From the IMG/VR virus record IMGVR_UViG_3300005662_000024: DNA of 64,000 nt; one strand, written 5' to 3'. Every line of letters begins with the position of its first letter. Position 1 is the first letter of the stretch. Below the pieces are notes generated by a model that saw nothing but the letters and a program-made list of their open reading frames with translations, made no database searches and was not told the origin of the DNA. A program made the position numbers and the translations under genes. The DNA is from a virus. Shown here in pieces: positions 7,230 to 16,544 of this stretch.

Positions 7230-8202
7230 TAGCTATTTGCTCCTTGACTAGCGTAACTAATTCTTCATTATCTCTCAATTTGGAGATAGCCATTTCTCTA
7301 CCTTGAGAAAAGGATTCACCATTATAGTAAACCCATGCACCTTTTTGTGTAAAGATACCAGCTTGCATTCCAGCATCTAGGATGCAACCATGCTTATCAA
7401 TACCTTTACCATAAAGAATATCGAATTCGGTAACCTTTAGAGGTGGAGCCATTTTATTCTTAATGACCTTTGCTTTGATTCGAATTCCCATTGAATCTCC
7501 AGCTCTATCTTTTAGATCTTCTTTCTTTCGTACATCTAATCTAACCGATGCAGCGTAACGCAGAGCCATTCCACCTGGTGTTGTTTCTGGGTTTCCAAAC
7601 ATAACACCTATCTTATTTCTTAGTTGGTTAATAAATATTATAAGAGTCTTATTTTCATTAGCTAATGACACAAGCTTTCTCATAGCTTTAGCCATCATTC
7701 TTGCTTGTAATCCCATTTGTGCAGATTCCATATCGCCTTCTAGCTCTGCCTTTGGAATTAAGCTAGCTACAGAGTCTACAACTACAACTCCTATTTCTCC
7801 AGTTCTTATTAGTTTATCTACTATCTCAAGAGCTTCTTCGCCATATGAAGGCTGAGCTAGTAAAAGTTCATCTAGATCTACACCAAGAGCTGACATATAC
7901 ACAGGATCAAGCGCGTGCTCAGCATCTATGTATGCACACTTGATTCCCTTAGTCTGCGCTTCGGCAACAACTGATAATGCAATTGTTGATTTACCAGAAG
8001 ACTCTGGGCCATATATCTCTACAACTCTACCTAGAGGTAGTCCACCAATTCCTAGTATTGAATCTAGTGGTAGTGCTCCAGTTGAAACAGATGGCCAAGA
8101 TTCAGACTTTTTATTACCAAGTCTCATAACCGATCCGTTACCAAACTGTCTTTCTAATTGAGCTATTGCTAGCTCCAGTGTTTTTGATTCGTTTTCTGAC
8201 AT
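7201..8202 (-). CDS. recA: RecA recombinase
   Basis: GPESSGKS Walker A, IDAEHALD, VVVDSVA, FINQLR, GNPETTPGG signatures. Confidence 0.98.
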   Translation of the reverse strand: MSENESKTLELAIAQLERQFGNGSVMRLGNKKSESWPSVSTGALPLDSILGIGGLPLGRVVEIYGPESSGKSTIALSVVAEAQTKGIKCAYIDAEHALDPVYMSALGVDLDELLLAQPSYGEEALEIVDKLIRTGEIGVVVVDSVASLIPKAELEGDMESAQMGLQARMMAKAMRKLVSLANENKTLIIFINQLRNKIGVMFGNPETTPGGMALRYAASVRLDVRKKEDLKDRAGDSMGIRIKAKVIKNKMAPPLKVTEFDILYGKGIDKHGCILDAGMQAGIFTQKGAWVYYNGESFSQGREMAISKLRDNEELVTLVKEQIANGVQPNNLS

Positions 8203-8208
8203 GAAGCT

Positions 8209-8217
8209 ATTTTAGCA
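8209..8217 (-). promoter_or_regulatory. extended -10 promoter giving a probably leaderless recA mRNA
   Basis: TGCTAAAAT followed by 6 nt and then ATG; no SD. Confidence 0.55.
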
Positions 8218-8310
8218 TAAGTCAGCTACGGAATCATTGATGTAGAAATGAATCTTCTTTAAACTTAGATATTTGATATACTTGATGGAACAAAAGAGAA
8301 AGAGGTAAAT

Positions 8311-8475
8311 ATGGAATCAGTTCATAGCTTAAGTTATGATTACTTGAGAGCAGTTCGTTTATTGGAAACAAAAATAAATACTCCAATAGATTTAGTTAAG
8401 TTTTGGTCTTTTAGCGGACCATGTCTAGAGGACTATCCTGCCATAGAAAGAATAAATAACAAAAGTGACGAATGA
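8311..8475 (+). CDS. hypothetical protein (54 aa)
   Basis: GAGGT SD; TGATATACT extended -10 at 8274-8282. Confidence 0.6.
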   Translation: MESVHSLSYDYLRAVRLLETKINTPIDLVKFWSFSGPCLEDYPAIERINNKSDE

Positions 8476-8515
8476 CTTGCATTTGACATTGACAATGCAT
8501 TACAATTGTCTAGCG

Positions 8516-8589
8516 CCCCCCCTACCCCCCCTCCCCCGTACGTATAAGGGTATATTTATATTACTATATAATATACTATACCCTTATAC
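8516..8589. repeat. C7-TA-C7-T-C5 tract followed by a 13-bp inverted repeat
   Basis: Poly-C runs at 8516-8537; GTATAAGGGTATA/TATACCCTTATAC arms at 8542-8554 and 8577-8589. Confidence 0.8.
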
Positions 8590-8612
8590 TCTTTTAAAAT
8601 AAAAGAAGAGAG

Positions 8613-10049
8613 TTGGTAGAAATGAAAATATATCAAATTTATATTCCAGATCTAAGTATTTATGTTAAATTCAAACTTCTTGATCCGGAAGAAATCAAAC
8701 AACTCCTAGAGAAACATTCTTCTGATTCTCCAAAAGAATTAAAGAAAGCTATATTAGCAAATGTTATCTTTAATATGAAGAGTGATGTATCAGATGCACT
8801 GAGATCCCTAAATAGGGAATCTGCCGAAAAGTGTATAGACACGCTCTATAACGGATGCGTAATGCTTAATCCAGGTTTAGATATAGATAATTGGGTTTCA
8901 TTGTCTAGTCAGATGCACTTAAGTCCAGAAGGCAATGGAGTTGATTTAGATAACGACATGCCGTTCGATTTTGACCAAGTAAAAAAGATGCTTAATGCTA
9001 AAAAGTCAAAAACTCAGCCTAAGAATAAACAGCGTAAGATATCTAAGCAAAAGTTTCTAGGATTAGAAGATTATTTAAAATCTAATATAATTGGTCAAGA
9101 TGAGGCTGTAGCAGAAGTTGTTAATGCACTAAAGAGATCTCAAGCTGGTTTAAGTGATGACAATAGACCTCTAGGTATATTTCTTTTTGCCGGCGCCTCA
9201 GGAGTTGGAAAGACTCACTTAGCTTCTACTTTAAATAAATATTTATATGGTGATGATTCCCAAATGGTCAGAATTGACTGTGGAGAATATCAACAAAAAC
9301 ATGATAATCAAAAATTAATTGGTTCACCTCCAGGTTATGTCGGTCACGACGAAGGTGGTCAATTAGTTAATTTGGTTAAAAAAAATCCAAACGTAGTAGT
9401 ATTACTTGATGAGGTAGAAAAAGCACATGCTGATCTTTGGAACACATTTCTAAGAGTATTTGAAGATGGAACTTTAACTGATGGTAAAGGCGAACATGTT
9501 AGTTTTTGTAATACAATTATAATAATGACTACTAATCTTGGTAATGATAAAATTACAGATCATTTAACTTCTGGAGGAGCAGGCTTTACTAGAAGCGTAG
9601 ATGCAAAGCTTAGAACTAAAGAAATGCCAGTAAGAGATATGGTAGAACGAACTTCTAATGAAAGTATTAAAAAACATTTTAGACCAGAATTTATAAATAG
9701 ATTAGATAAAATAATAGTTTTTAATCACTTGTCGGTAAAAGATTACCAAAAAATAGCAGAGCTGGAAATGCATGTTGTCATAGATAAACTTTCAAGAAAA
9801 GGATTTATGGCAAGCTATACAGATGATGTTATTGAAGGTTTAATTTTTAAAGGAATAGATACAATTAAAGGAGCTAGAGGTTTATCTAAAGTTAGAAGAG
9901 ATTTAATTGAAACTCCATTAGCTGATATTCTAATAAATTCAAATATTCCAAGAGGATCTATTTTTGAAATAGGATACATAGATAATTCTTTTACATTAAA
10001 AACTATAAAACCTAGAAAAAACAAAGAAAAGTCTAATACTGTAGAATAA
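8613..10049 (+). CDS. ClpB/ClpC-like AAA+ ATPase, D2 module only, with a phage-specific N-terminus (start may be ATG 8622)
   Basis: IIGQDEAV, GASGVGKT, LIGSPPGYVG, LLDEVEKAH, FRPEFINRLD, GARGL motifs. Confidence 0.9.
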   Translation: MVEMKIYQIYIPDLSIYVKFKLLDPEEIKQLLEKHSSDSPKELKKAILANVIFNMKSDVSDALRSLNRESAEKCIDTLYNGCVMLNPGLDIDNWVSLSSQMHLSPEGNGVDLDNDMPFDFDQVKKMLNAKKSKTQPKNKQRKISKQKFLGLEDYLKSNIIGQDEAVAEVVNALKRSQAGLSDDNRPLGIFLFAGASGVGKTHLASTLNKYLYGDDSQMVRIDCGEYQQKHDNQKLIGSPPGYVGHDEGGQLVNLVKKNPNVVVLLDEVEKAHADLWNTFLRVFEDGTLTDGKGEHVSFCNTIIIMTTNLGNDKITDHLTSGGAGFTRSVDAKLRTKEMPVRDMVERTSNESIKKHFRPEFINRLDKIIVFNHLSVKDYQKIAELEMHVVIDKLSRKGFMASYTDDVIEGLIFKGIDTIKGARGLSKVRRDLIETPLADILINSNIPRGSIFEIGYIDNSFTLKTIKPRKNKEKSNTVE

Positions 10050-10053
10050 ATAT

Positions 10054-10059
10054 TACTAT
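10054..10059 (+). promoter_or_regulatory. TACTAT putative late promoter element (also at 6936 minus, 8562/8574, 25465, 28311, 29161, 31958, 39077, 42654, 47501, 58334, 58683, 62753)
   Basis: YTACTAT recurs 29-46 nt upstream of start codons heading structural operons. Confidence 0.65.
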
Positions 10060-10090
10060 ATAAATATAATTTACGTAAAAGGAGTAAAAT

Positions 10091-10398
10091 ATGTTAGGTG
10101 GCCTTAGGCATCCAGTATCAACTGCCAGAATGATGGCTTCTAGCGCAAATGGCTCTACTTTTGCGAGAAACTTTAAAACTAAAGGATCTCGATATGCAGT
10201 AGGAGCACTTGGTGGAACATATGGTTTAACTAAAATGCAACGGAAGATCTGCAGCTGCAGCATATGATCCAGCTATAATGGCTAGAGGTGGAAAAAGAAT
10301 TGCTGGTGCAGTTGCAGCTGGTGCAGCCCTAGGTGGCGTAAGAAATAGAACAACTTCTGGCCTAATTAAGGGCCGGAACTTCGATGTATAGGTACTAA
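10091..10398 (+). CDS. Gly/Ala/Arg-rich putative internal virion protein, 101 aa, CGGA recoding at 10241 and 10374
   Basis: AAGGAG SD; CAA-C-GGA-AGA restores a Gly/Ala-rich frame; second site GGC-C-GGA-ACT lies near the end and is ambiguous. Confidence 0.7.
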
Positions 10399-10401
10399 CT
10401 T

Positions 10402-10848
10402 ATGCCAATGCCAGGAGTTGGTAGGGTAGCAGGATTTGCTAGGACTACATTTCAAAATGCAAGAAGCTATGGTAAAAGTGCCATTGGTTACGCCGGTAGA
10501 GGAATGGTTAAAGCCAAAGATTTACCTGAGCCATTATTAAATTCATTAGGGCATGGTGGAGCACCATTAAGATCTTCAGATAGAGTATTAATGAGCAAAA
10601 CATCAAGAGACGCTAGAAGAGCACAGCCATTAGTTATGAATAGACCAGGAGCACAATCTTCTGGAAGATTTGTTTCTAAGGACATGTATAATCAGGCTAT
10701 TAGAAATAGAAATGTTAGATATGCAGGGTACGGGGCAATGGCAGGGTCTGCTGGTATGGCAAACGCTGTGACAAGTAATAATAGAAGAAGTTATACTGGC
10801 CCTGCATCAAGAATAAGAACAGCTAAAGGCGTTGGAAGAAACGCTTAG
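10402..10848 (+). CDS. basic Gly/Arg-rich putative internal virion protein
   Basis: 148-aa ORF, composition like its neighbours. Confidence 0.75.
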   Translation: MPMPGVGRVAGFARTTFQNARSYGKSAIGYAGRGMVKAKDLPEPLLNSLGHGGAPLRSSDRVLMSKTSRDARRAQPLVMNRPGAQSSGRFVSKDMYNQAIRNRNVRYAGYGAMAGSAGMANAVTSNNRRSYTGPASRIRTAKGVGRNA

Positions 10849-10861
10849 AAAGAATAATGTT

Positions 10862-11275
10862 ATGAGTGATTGGAAAAGCTTTATTAATAAAAATGGTGAT
10901 TTTGAATTAGCAAATTTTTTATATAAAACAATAAATAATTTAATGAAACAATCTTTAGATATGGGCACTTTACTATCTAATGATCAACATAAGTTGAGGG
11001 CTTATAAAGAGCAAACTAAAAAAGTTTTTAAACAAAAATGGTTTGAAGTAGCTCAAGCTTTAGAATTCTTTGGGATAATAGAGCAGTGTACTTGCTATAC
11101 AGAAGAAAAAGAATCTTATTGTGAAATATGTAAAGGTTCTAGATATGTTAGTACTTCTATATTATCAGCAGATGAAATGAGCGAAGTTGGTGTTTTTACA
11201 AACGCTGGCCATAGTGTTGAAATAATAGAAAAATTACAGAAAGGTTTAGTAGAAGTATTAAACGGAATAAAGTAA
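10862..11275 (+). CDS. hypothetical protein with CxC...CxxC zinc motif
   Basis: QCTC...YCEICKG; probable start ATG 10862. Confidence 0.75.
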   Translation: MSDWKSFINKNGDFELANFLYKTINNLMKQSLDMGTLLSNDQHKLRAYKEQTKKVFKQKWFEVAQALEFFGIIEQCTCYTEEKESYCEICKGSRYVSTSILSADEMSEVGVFTNAGHSVEIIEKLQKGLVEVLNGIK

Positions 11276-11465
11276 ATGAAATGTGATAGATGTAATCATG
11301 ATTTAGTTTTTGTGATTGAAGAGATAATTGAAAAAGGTTTAATTTTGAAAAAAGTAAAAACTTCTATTAAAGACTATTATTGTCCACGGATGTAAAAGCG
11401 CTTATGTAGAAAAATTTGAAAATGGATTTTTTGTTTCATCTGATTGGATAGATTTTAATGGCTAA
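11276..11465 (+). CDS. zinc-ribbon protein, 62 aa, requires +1 recoding at CGGA 11387
   Basis: CDRC...TGT CCA C GGA TGT = CPGC; the second CxxC exists only after the shift; stop overlaps next ATG. Confidence 0.8.
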
Positions 11466-12180
11466 TATAGAAAAAAATAATAAAATAGATTTTATGAAAA
11501 GTCTTGAATCTCTAAGGCCTGATTTATTCTTTCCAGAGCAATGGACAGATGAGCAAAAAGATAAGGCACTTGATATTATAAGGCCACAAAAAACAAGAAC
11601 AACCATGTTTGCGTCTATACCAATGAGATGCGATGGGCCAAAATGTATATTTGCAAACACATGCCCGTTATTAAAGGAAAATTTAGCACCAGTTGGTGAT
11701 CCATGTCCAATAGAGATGTCTATGGTTTCTCAATTTACATATGAATATATGAATCAATTAGATGTTAGTCCAGATAATTTAGTTGAAGTATCAATGGTTA
11801 GAGATTTAGTTGATCAAGAAGTTCAGTATATGAGAAAAACAAAACTTCTTGCTAAGGAACATTTTGTTCAAGAAAACATAATAGGAGTAGACCAAGATGG
11901 TAGTCCTATTCTTAAAAAAGAATTACACTTAGCAGTTGAGTTAGAAGATAGACTTCATAAAAGAAGAAAAGATCTAAGAAATCAATTATTAGCAACAAGA
12001 GAAGCTAGAGCAAAAGCTGGTCAAACACAACTAGATACTGCACAGGCTATATCAGACATAATTGATAAAGTTCAGTCTTTGGAAACTGAAAGAGAAAAGT
12101 TGATAAAGAAAAAACTTGGAACATTTGAAAAAGATGATTATATTGAAGCTCAATTAATAGATGAGAAAGATGAAGGTTAG
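11458..12180 (+). CDS. Cys-rich coiled-coil protein, candidate terminase small subunit
   Basis: CDGPKC...CP...CP motif, helical C-terminus, position upstream of terminase large subunit; assignment inferred. Confidence 0.5.
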   Translation: MANIEKNNKIDFMKSLESLRPDLFFPEQWTDEQKDKALDIIRPQKTRTTMFASIPMRCDGPKCIFANTCPLLKENLAPVGDPCPIEMSMVSQFTYEYMNQLDVSPDNLVEVSMVRDLVDQEVQYMRKTKLLAKEHFVQENIIGVDQDGSPILKKELHLAVELEDRLHKRRKDLRNQLLATREARAKAGQTQLDTAQAISDIIDKVQSLETEREKLIKKKLGTFEKDDYIEAQLIDEKDEG

Positions 12181-12183
12181 TAC

Positions 12184-15100
12184 ATGGCTAGGATGTTCGG
12201 CAAAGCGGAAAGGGAAAATTTATCCAAGTCCGTTATAGCTGGAATTAGGCAAAATGTAGTAGGTCCATCTAGAAGAGTAACAGCAAATGTACCAACCAGC
12301 GTAATACGTGGTTCAATGTCAGATATGGATCAGCTTTTTGGTATGACCTCAAGACAGTACATGAGTCACTATGAGAGTATACATAAAATGTTCTTAGGAA
12401 TGTTAGATGATCCAAAAAGGCTTAGTAAAATGCCTGGAACATCAAAAGCAGTAGCTAGAATAAAAAGAACAGGTGAATTTAATCTTTCTGTTTTAACTAG
12501 AGATTCTGCCGAAACAATTCAAACACAATTAGCAGAGCCAATTGAGCGAATGATGTTAACAAAAGGTATTCCTGGACTGGATATCCCAAGTAGTAACTTG
12601 TATAGAAATACAATAAGATTTGATGTAGATATGAGATCATCTGGTGCGCGTCATCCTTTAGCTATTGTTTTAAATTCTTTACATATGAATGTCGATCCTA
12701 GGTCTGATGGCAGCTCTATCATTAGAAGGTCATTTAATAGAATGATGACACCAACTCAGTTACAATCAGCAATGAATCAAGTTGGTAGAGGATCTATTGG
12801 ATCAGCAGGAGCTTCAAATCCATTTGGAAAAAAGAATTCAAATAGAAGCTTAAGAATGCTAATTCTAGACACTGAAACATCAGGTGTTGACGAAGATAGG
12901 GTAGCTAGGTCTATAGCAACAATAGAAGCTACGATGGATACTACTGGTAGCGTTTCATTTGGTCCAAGGTCTTCTAATAGAAAATTATTCTTAAGGCAAT
13001 CTGGACTTGAAGGTGGAGTTATTCAAACTCCATCTGGAATGAAATCATTAGCAGAAGGTGCAAACATTCTAGAAGGAGCACAAGGCGTTCTAAGTTCTAT
13101 AGATGTTGCTAAAAGCCCACAAGAAGCCCAAAGAGCAATGAATGATTTAATACAGTATTTTTTAAGTTACGATAGAATTGTTGCAAAGAACGCAAACTTC
13201 GACATATCAACTATAATTCAAACAGCAAGAAATATACCTGGAGCAGAAAATAATCAAGCACTACTCGCTAGTATAGATGCATTTGAACAAAGGGCGTACA
13301 ACGATGCCTCATTCGTTTCTGATATAGATGTTTCTTTAAGAAATCACTTAAAAGCAAAATTTGATGACTACGCAGAAAATTTTATAAATCAAGCTAGAGC
13401 AGGTGGAACTCCTGAGGCTCTAGTAGTGCAAAGAGCAGGAGTGGACTTAGCTGATGAAGCAGCTGTAAGAAATTTAATATATGCACAAAAAGTAGGATCA
13501 AAAGAACTTTTTGAATCTCTAGAAATGGGCAAGGCGGGAAGAGGATTTACTCCTCAGGCAATGAATAACATTATATTAAATACAAATTTATTAGACCTAG
13601 TACACCAAGATGCGTTTAGTCATGGTCCTAATTCTGGAGCAGCTAGAACTTTATTTAACTTGTTATCAGGTGGATCACACGTAGCAGAAACAGACGACTA
13701 TTTAGCTGGCTTTGTTGCGCAGTATGTTCAAACTGGAGCTTTAGATTTCGAGACAGGAAGCTTAAAACATCTTCCAACTGGTAGGGCAAATTTTATTCTT
13801 CAAACTAGAGCAAAAATAAGACAATCAGCTTCACCAACAATGACTACAAATATAGCTGATGTAGATCACTTAACTAAAACAGCTAGAAAAGCTATAAAAA
13901 GTGCAGAAGCAAGAGAAATATTAGGAACATCTATTAGGGGTCATGTTGCAAATATAATGACAGCTGATCAAATTGCAGAACTTGCAGCTGAAACAGGTAT
14001 GTCGCAAGATGCGATAAGACAAATAGAAGGTAAAATATCCTATAGTAAATCAGCAGGAGGATATCTTTTTTCTACTACAGACCAAAACCTTAGAGGAGTC
14101 ACAGGAGCAGGGTCTCTAAATATAGCTGATGCATTTGATACATCATTTAGAGTTAATGATAGAAGAGCTAGAGCTTATATGGGTAATGTTGTTAATTCAG
14201 CTTTATCATCAACCAGAGATGCAGCCCAAAGAAACGCTGCTTCTAAAATAGTTGGAACTGGAATAGACTATGGTGAAATGGGCGCATTAGAAAGATATGC
14301 ATCATTACCAGCATATGCTCGTCAAGCTGTTTCTGGTTTTGATGTCAACGCATTTAAAACTGCTCTTCCATCAATGGATAGAAATCTACTAGTAGAAGCA
14401 TTAACAAATACTAGTAGAATAGCAGCAAATGATACTCTAAACGTCTCTCAGGTATTGGCCGGAATGCAGAATGGAAGCTTGGTCGACTCTAACCTTGGTT
14501 CAATAACTAGAGGTTTTATAGAAAGAGGCGATGCAGGAATGTATGCAAGGATAGCAGCTAATATAGGAAATCCATATGCAACTGCCGATATTACAGAAAG
14601 AATATTCTCAGTTGAAATGGCAAAAAGAACAGCTGCTGTAGCAAAAAGAGAAGCAGGAGTAATAAATGATAATACAATAAGTTCTAACTTGCCTTTTTTA
14701 AGAAATATGGACATTCTATCAGAATTTGGAATGAGCACTTTTGATATACAAGATGTAACTAGAATAGTGCAAGATGATAATTTAGTTCCAGGAAAAATAC
14801 TAATTGGATCAGATGTATTGTCTAAAATGGAATTATTAACAGAAGGACAATCTGGTCCCGTTAGAAGAAACTTAGTTGATGTATTAACAAGTGAAACAAT
14901 GAATGTTGTTGATGAAAATAATAATGTAATTGGAAAAGGTGCCGAATTTAATAGGGTAAGATTTTCTGTAGTAAATAGAGAAGCCTCTACTGTTAATGCC
15001 TTTCTTGGAGGCACTGGAGTCCATAATAGGCAGATGAGTAAAGCTTTAGCCGGATCCTTATATGACGCAGCAATGCAAGTTATATCTGAAACTGATTTAA

Positions 15101-15903
15101 CTGGTTTAGATGAAGAAATTGAAGATGTATCAAAAGCAGCTCAAAGACAGTTGAGATCACTAGCATCTTTCTTAAATGTTCAAGGAGGAAGAGATGAAGC
15201 TATTCAATCTCTCACTTCTAAAATAGAAGAAGGTGGACTTGGTTTTGCAAGAATAACCGGAGGAACTGCAGAGTCTGTAACCGAACTTTTAACTCAGTCT
15301 GGAGCAATGCCAAGCTCGGGTAACGATATAGTTCTTCCGGGAACAAGTAGACTTGTGGCTTCAGAGGGTAATATAGTCCTATTGGGACATGCAGAGAGTA
15401 CTGAAAGAATGGCCGTCTCTACTGGAAATAGCGTAGCTCAACAGGCTATTTCTGCAGTAGAGAGAGATAAAAAATCCATGCAAGCAATGAAAGTAATATC
15501 TGAATTTGCAAATGAAAATTTAAGAAATGAAATTCTTGAAGAAGAAAGAAGTTTAGGTTTAGGCAAAGTAATATCATCAAGACAAAGACAAATAAGAGCA
15601 GCATATCAAAGGTTTAAAAAACCAACAGCAATAGGAGCTGGAGCGGTACTTGCAGCTGGTCTTGGTTACTATAGTTATCGTAAAATTTCTGAAGCAGGTC
15701 CATATGATGAAACTATGGACAGGCAAGATACAATGCCAGCAAGAGCTCCAAGGTTGGATATCTTAAGTGGATCTAGTCAGCAAGTTTACTCTAGAATACA
15801 AGACCCATTAGCAACAGCTGGAGTTGTAGGTAATTTAGATAGAGCTAAAATAGGACACACTAATATGGGTTCAAATAAATATGATTATCTTTTTGCAGGT
15901 TAA
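12184..15903 (+). CDS. 1239-aa putative internal virion/ejection protein with a DnaQ-like DEDDh exonuclease-fold segment and C-terminal hydrophobic helix
   Basis: LILDTETSG (ExoI), AKNANFD (ExoII), SHVAETD (ExoIII); AIGAGAVLAAGLGYY. Confidence 0.6.
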   Translation: MARMFGKAERENLSKSVIAGIRQNVVGPSRRVTANVPTSVIRGSMSDMDQLFGMTSRQYMSHYESIHKMFLGMLDDPKRLSKMPGTSKAVARIKRTGEFNLSVLTRDSAETIQTQLAEPIERMMLTKGIPGLDIPSSNLYRNTIRFDVDMRSSGARHPLAIVLNSLHMNVDPRSDGSSIIRRSFNRMMTPTQLQSAMNQVGRGSIGSAGASNPFGKKNSNRSLRMLILDTETSGVDEDRVARSIATIEATMDTTGSVSFGPRSSNRKLFLRQSGLEGGVIQTPSGMKSLAEGANILEGAQGVLSSIDVAKSPQEAQRAMNDLIQYFLSYDRIVAKNANFDISTIIQTARNIPGAENNQALLASIDAFEQRAYNDASFVSDIDVSLRNHLKAKFDDYAENFINQARAGGTPEALVVQRAGVDLADEAAVRNLIYAQKVGSKELFESLEMGKAGRGFTPQAMNNIILNTNLLDLVHQDAFSHGPNSGAARTLFNLLSGGSHVAETDDYLAGFVAQYVQTGALDFETGSLKHLPTGRANFILQTRAKIRQSASPTMTTNIADVDHLTKTARKAIKSAEAREILGTSIRGHVANIMTADQIAELAAETGMSQDAIRQIEGKISYSKSAGGYLFSTTDQNLRGVTGAGSLNIADAFDTSFRVNDRRARAYMGNVVNSALSSTRDAAQRNAASKIVGTGIDYGEMGALERYASLPAYARQAVSGFDVNAFKTALPSMDRNLLVEALTNTSRIAANDTLNVSQVLAGMQNGSLVDSNLGSITRGFIERGDAGMYARIAANIGNPYATADITERIFSVEMAKRTAAVAKREAGVINDNTISSNLPFLRNMDILSEFGMSTFDIQDVTRIVQDDNLVPGKILIGSDVLSKMELLTEGQSGPVRRNLVDVLTSETMNVVDENNNVIGKGAEFNRVRFSVVNREASTVNAFLGGTGVHNRQMSKALAGSLYDAAMQVISETDLTGLDEEIEDVSKAAQRQLRSLASFLNVQGGRDEAIQSLTSKIEEGGLGFARITGGTAESVTELLTQSGAMPSSGNDIVLPGTSRLVASEGNIVLLGHAESTERMAVSTGNSVAQQAISAVERDKKSMQAMKVISEFANENLRNEILEEERSLGLGKVISSRQRQIRAAYQRFKKPTAIGAGAVLAAGLGYYSYRKISEAGPYDETMDRQDTMPARAPRLDILSGSSQQVYSRIQDPLATAGVVGNLDRAKIGHTNMGSNKYDYLFAG

Positions 15904-15913
15904 GGGGACCTAA

Positions 15914-16544
15914 ATGCCAATAGGAGTAGGTAGATTAATTAGAGGGGCTAGAGGCGTCGGAAGTGGCGTAGCTCAAGATCCATCTAGAGTTTCTAAAGGA
16001 CTTGGAATGGGAATGTTAGTAGGAGGCGCTGCTATAGCTGGAGCATTATCTGGATCTAAGCAAGTTATGGATTCAGCATTTGATGTCGCCTTTAATGATC
16101 CAGAAGCAGATAGAGCTTTTGTAGGTACTGATATTACACCAGCGATGGCAGCTGGTATGGATATTGGTGGTCCAATAGGAGCCCTACAAAAGGCTAGACT
16201 ATACGGAGGCGCATCGCAAGTAGCTGGAGGTCTTTCTGCAGCTGCTGGTGGAGTTGGTTTAGGCACATTAGGCCTTGGTATTGGGGCAACTGCTATGATT
16301 GCAAATAAAAGAATTAATCGGATCTTTAACTGGTTCTAATCTTTTTACTAAGGCATCATACGGTGGAGCAATAGCTGCAGTTGGTGGAATAGGGTTAGCA
16401 TTAGCTGGAGCTAAATCAACAGCAGCAGGAATGCAAACTTTTGCTGGTAATCCATTTCTAAATACTAGTTCAGCTACAGCCGATAGACTAAATGCTTCTG
16501 GTGACATTGTACTAGGCGCACATAATTCTAGAAGGGGATACTAA
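15914..16544 (+). CDS. Gly-rich hydrophobic putative ejection/membrane protein, 209 aa, CGGA recoding at 16319
   Basis: Joins track ORFs 15914..16339 and 16299..16544 at AAT-C-GGA-TCT. Confidence 0.8.
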
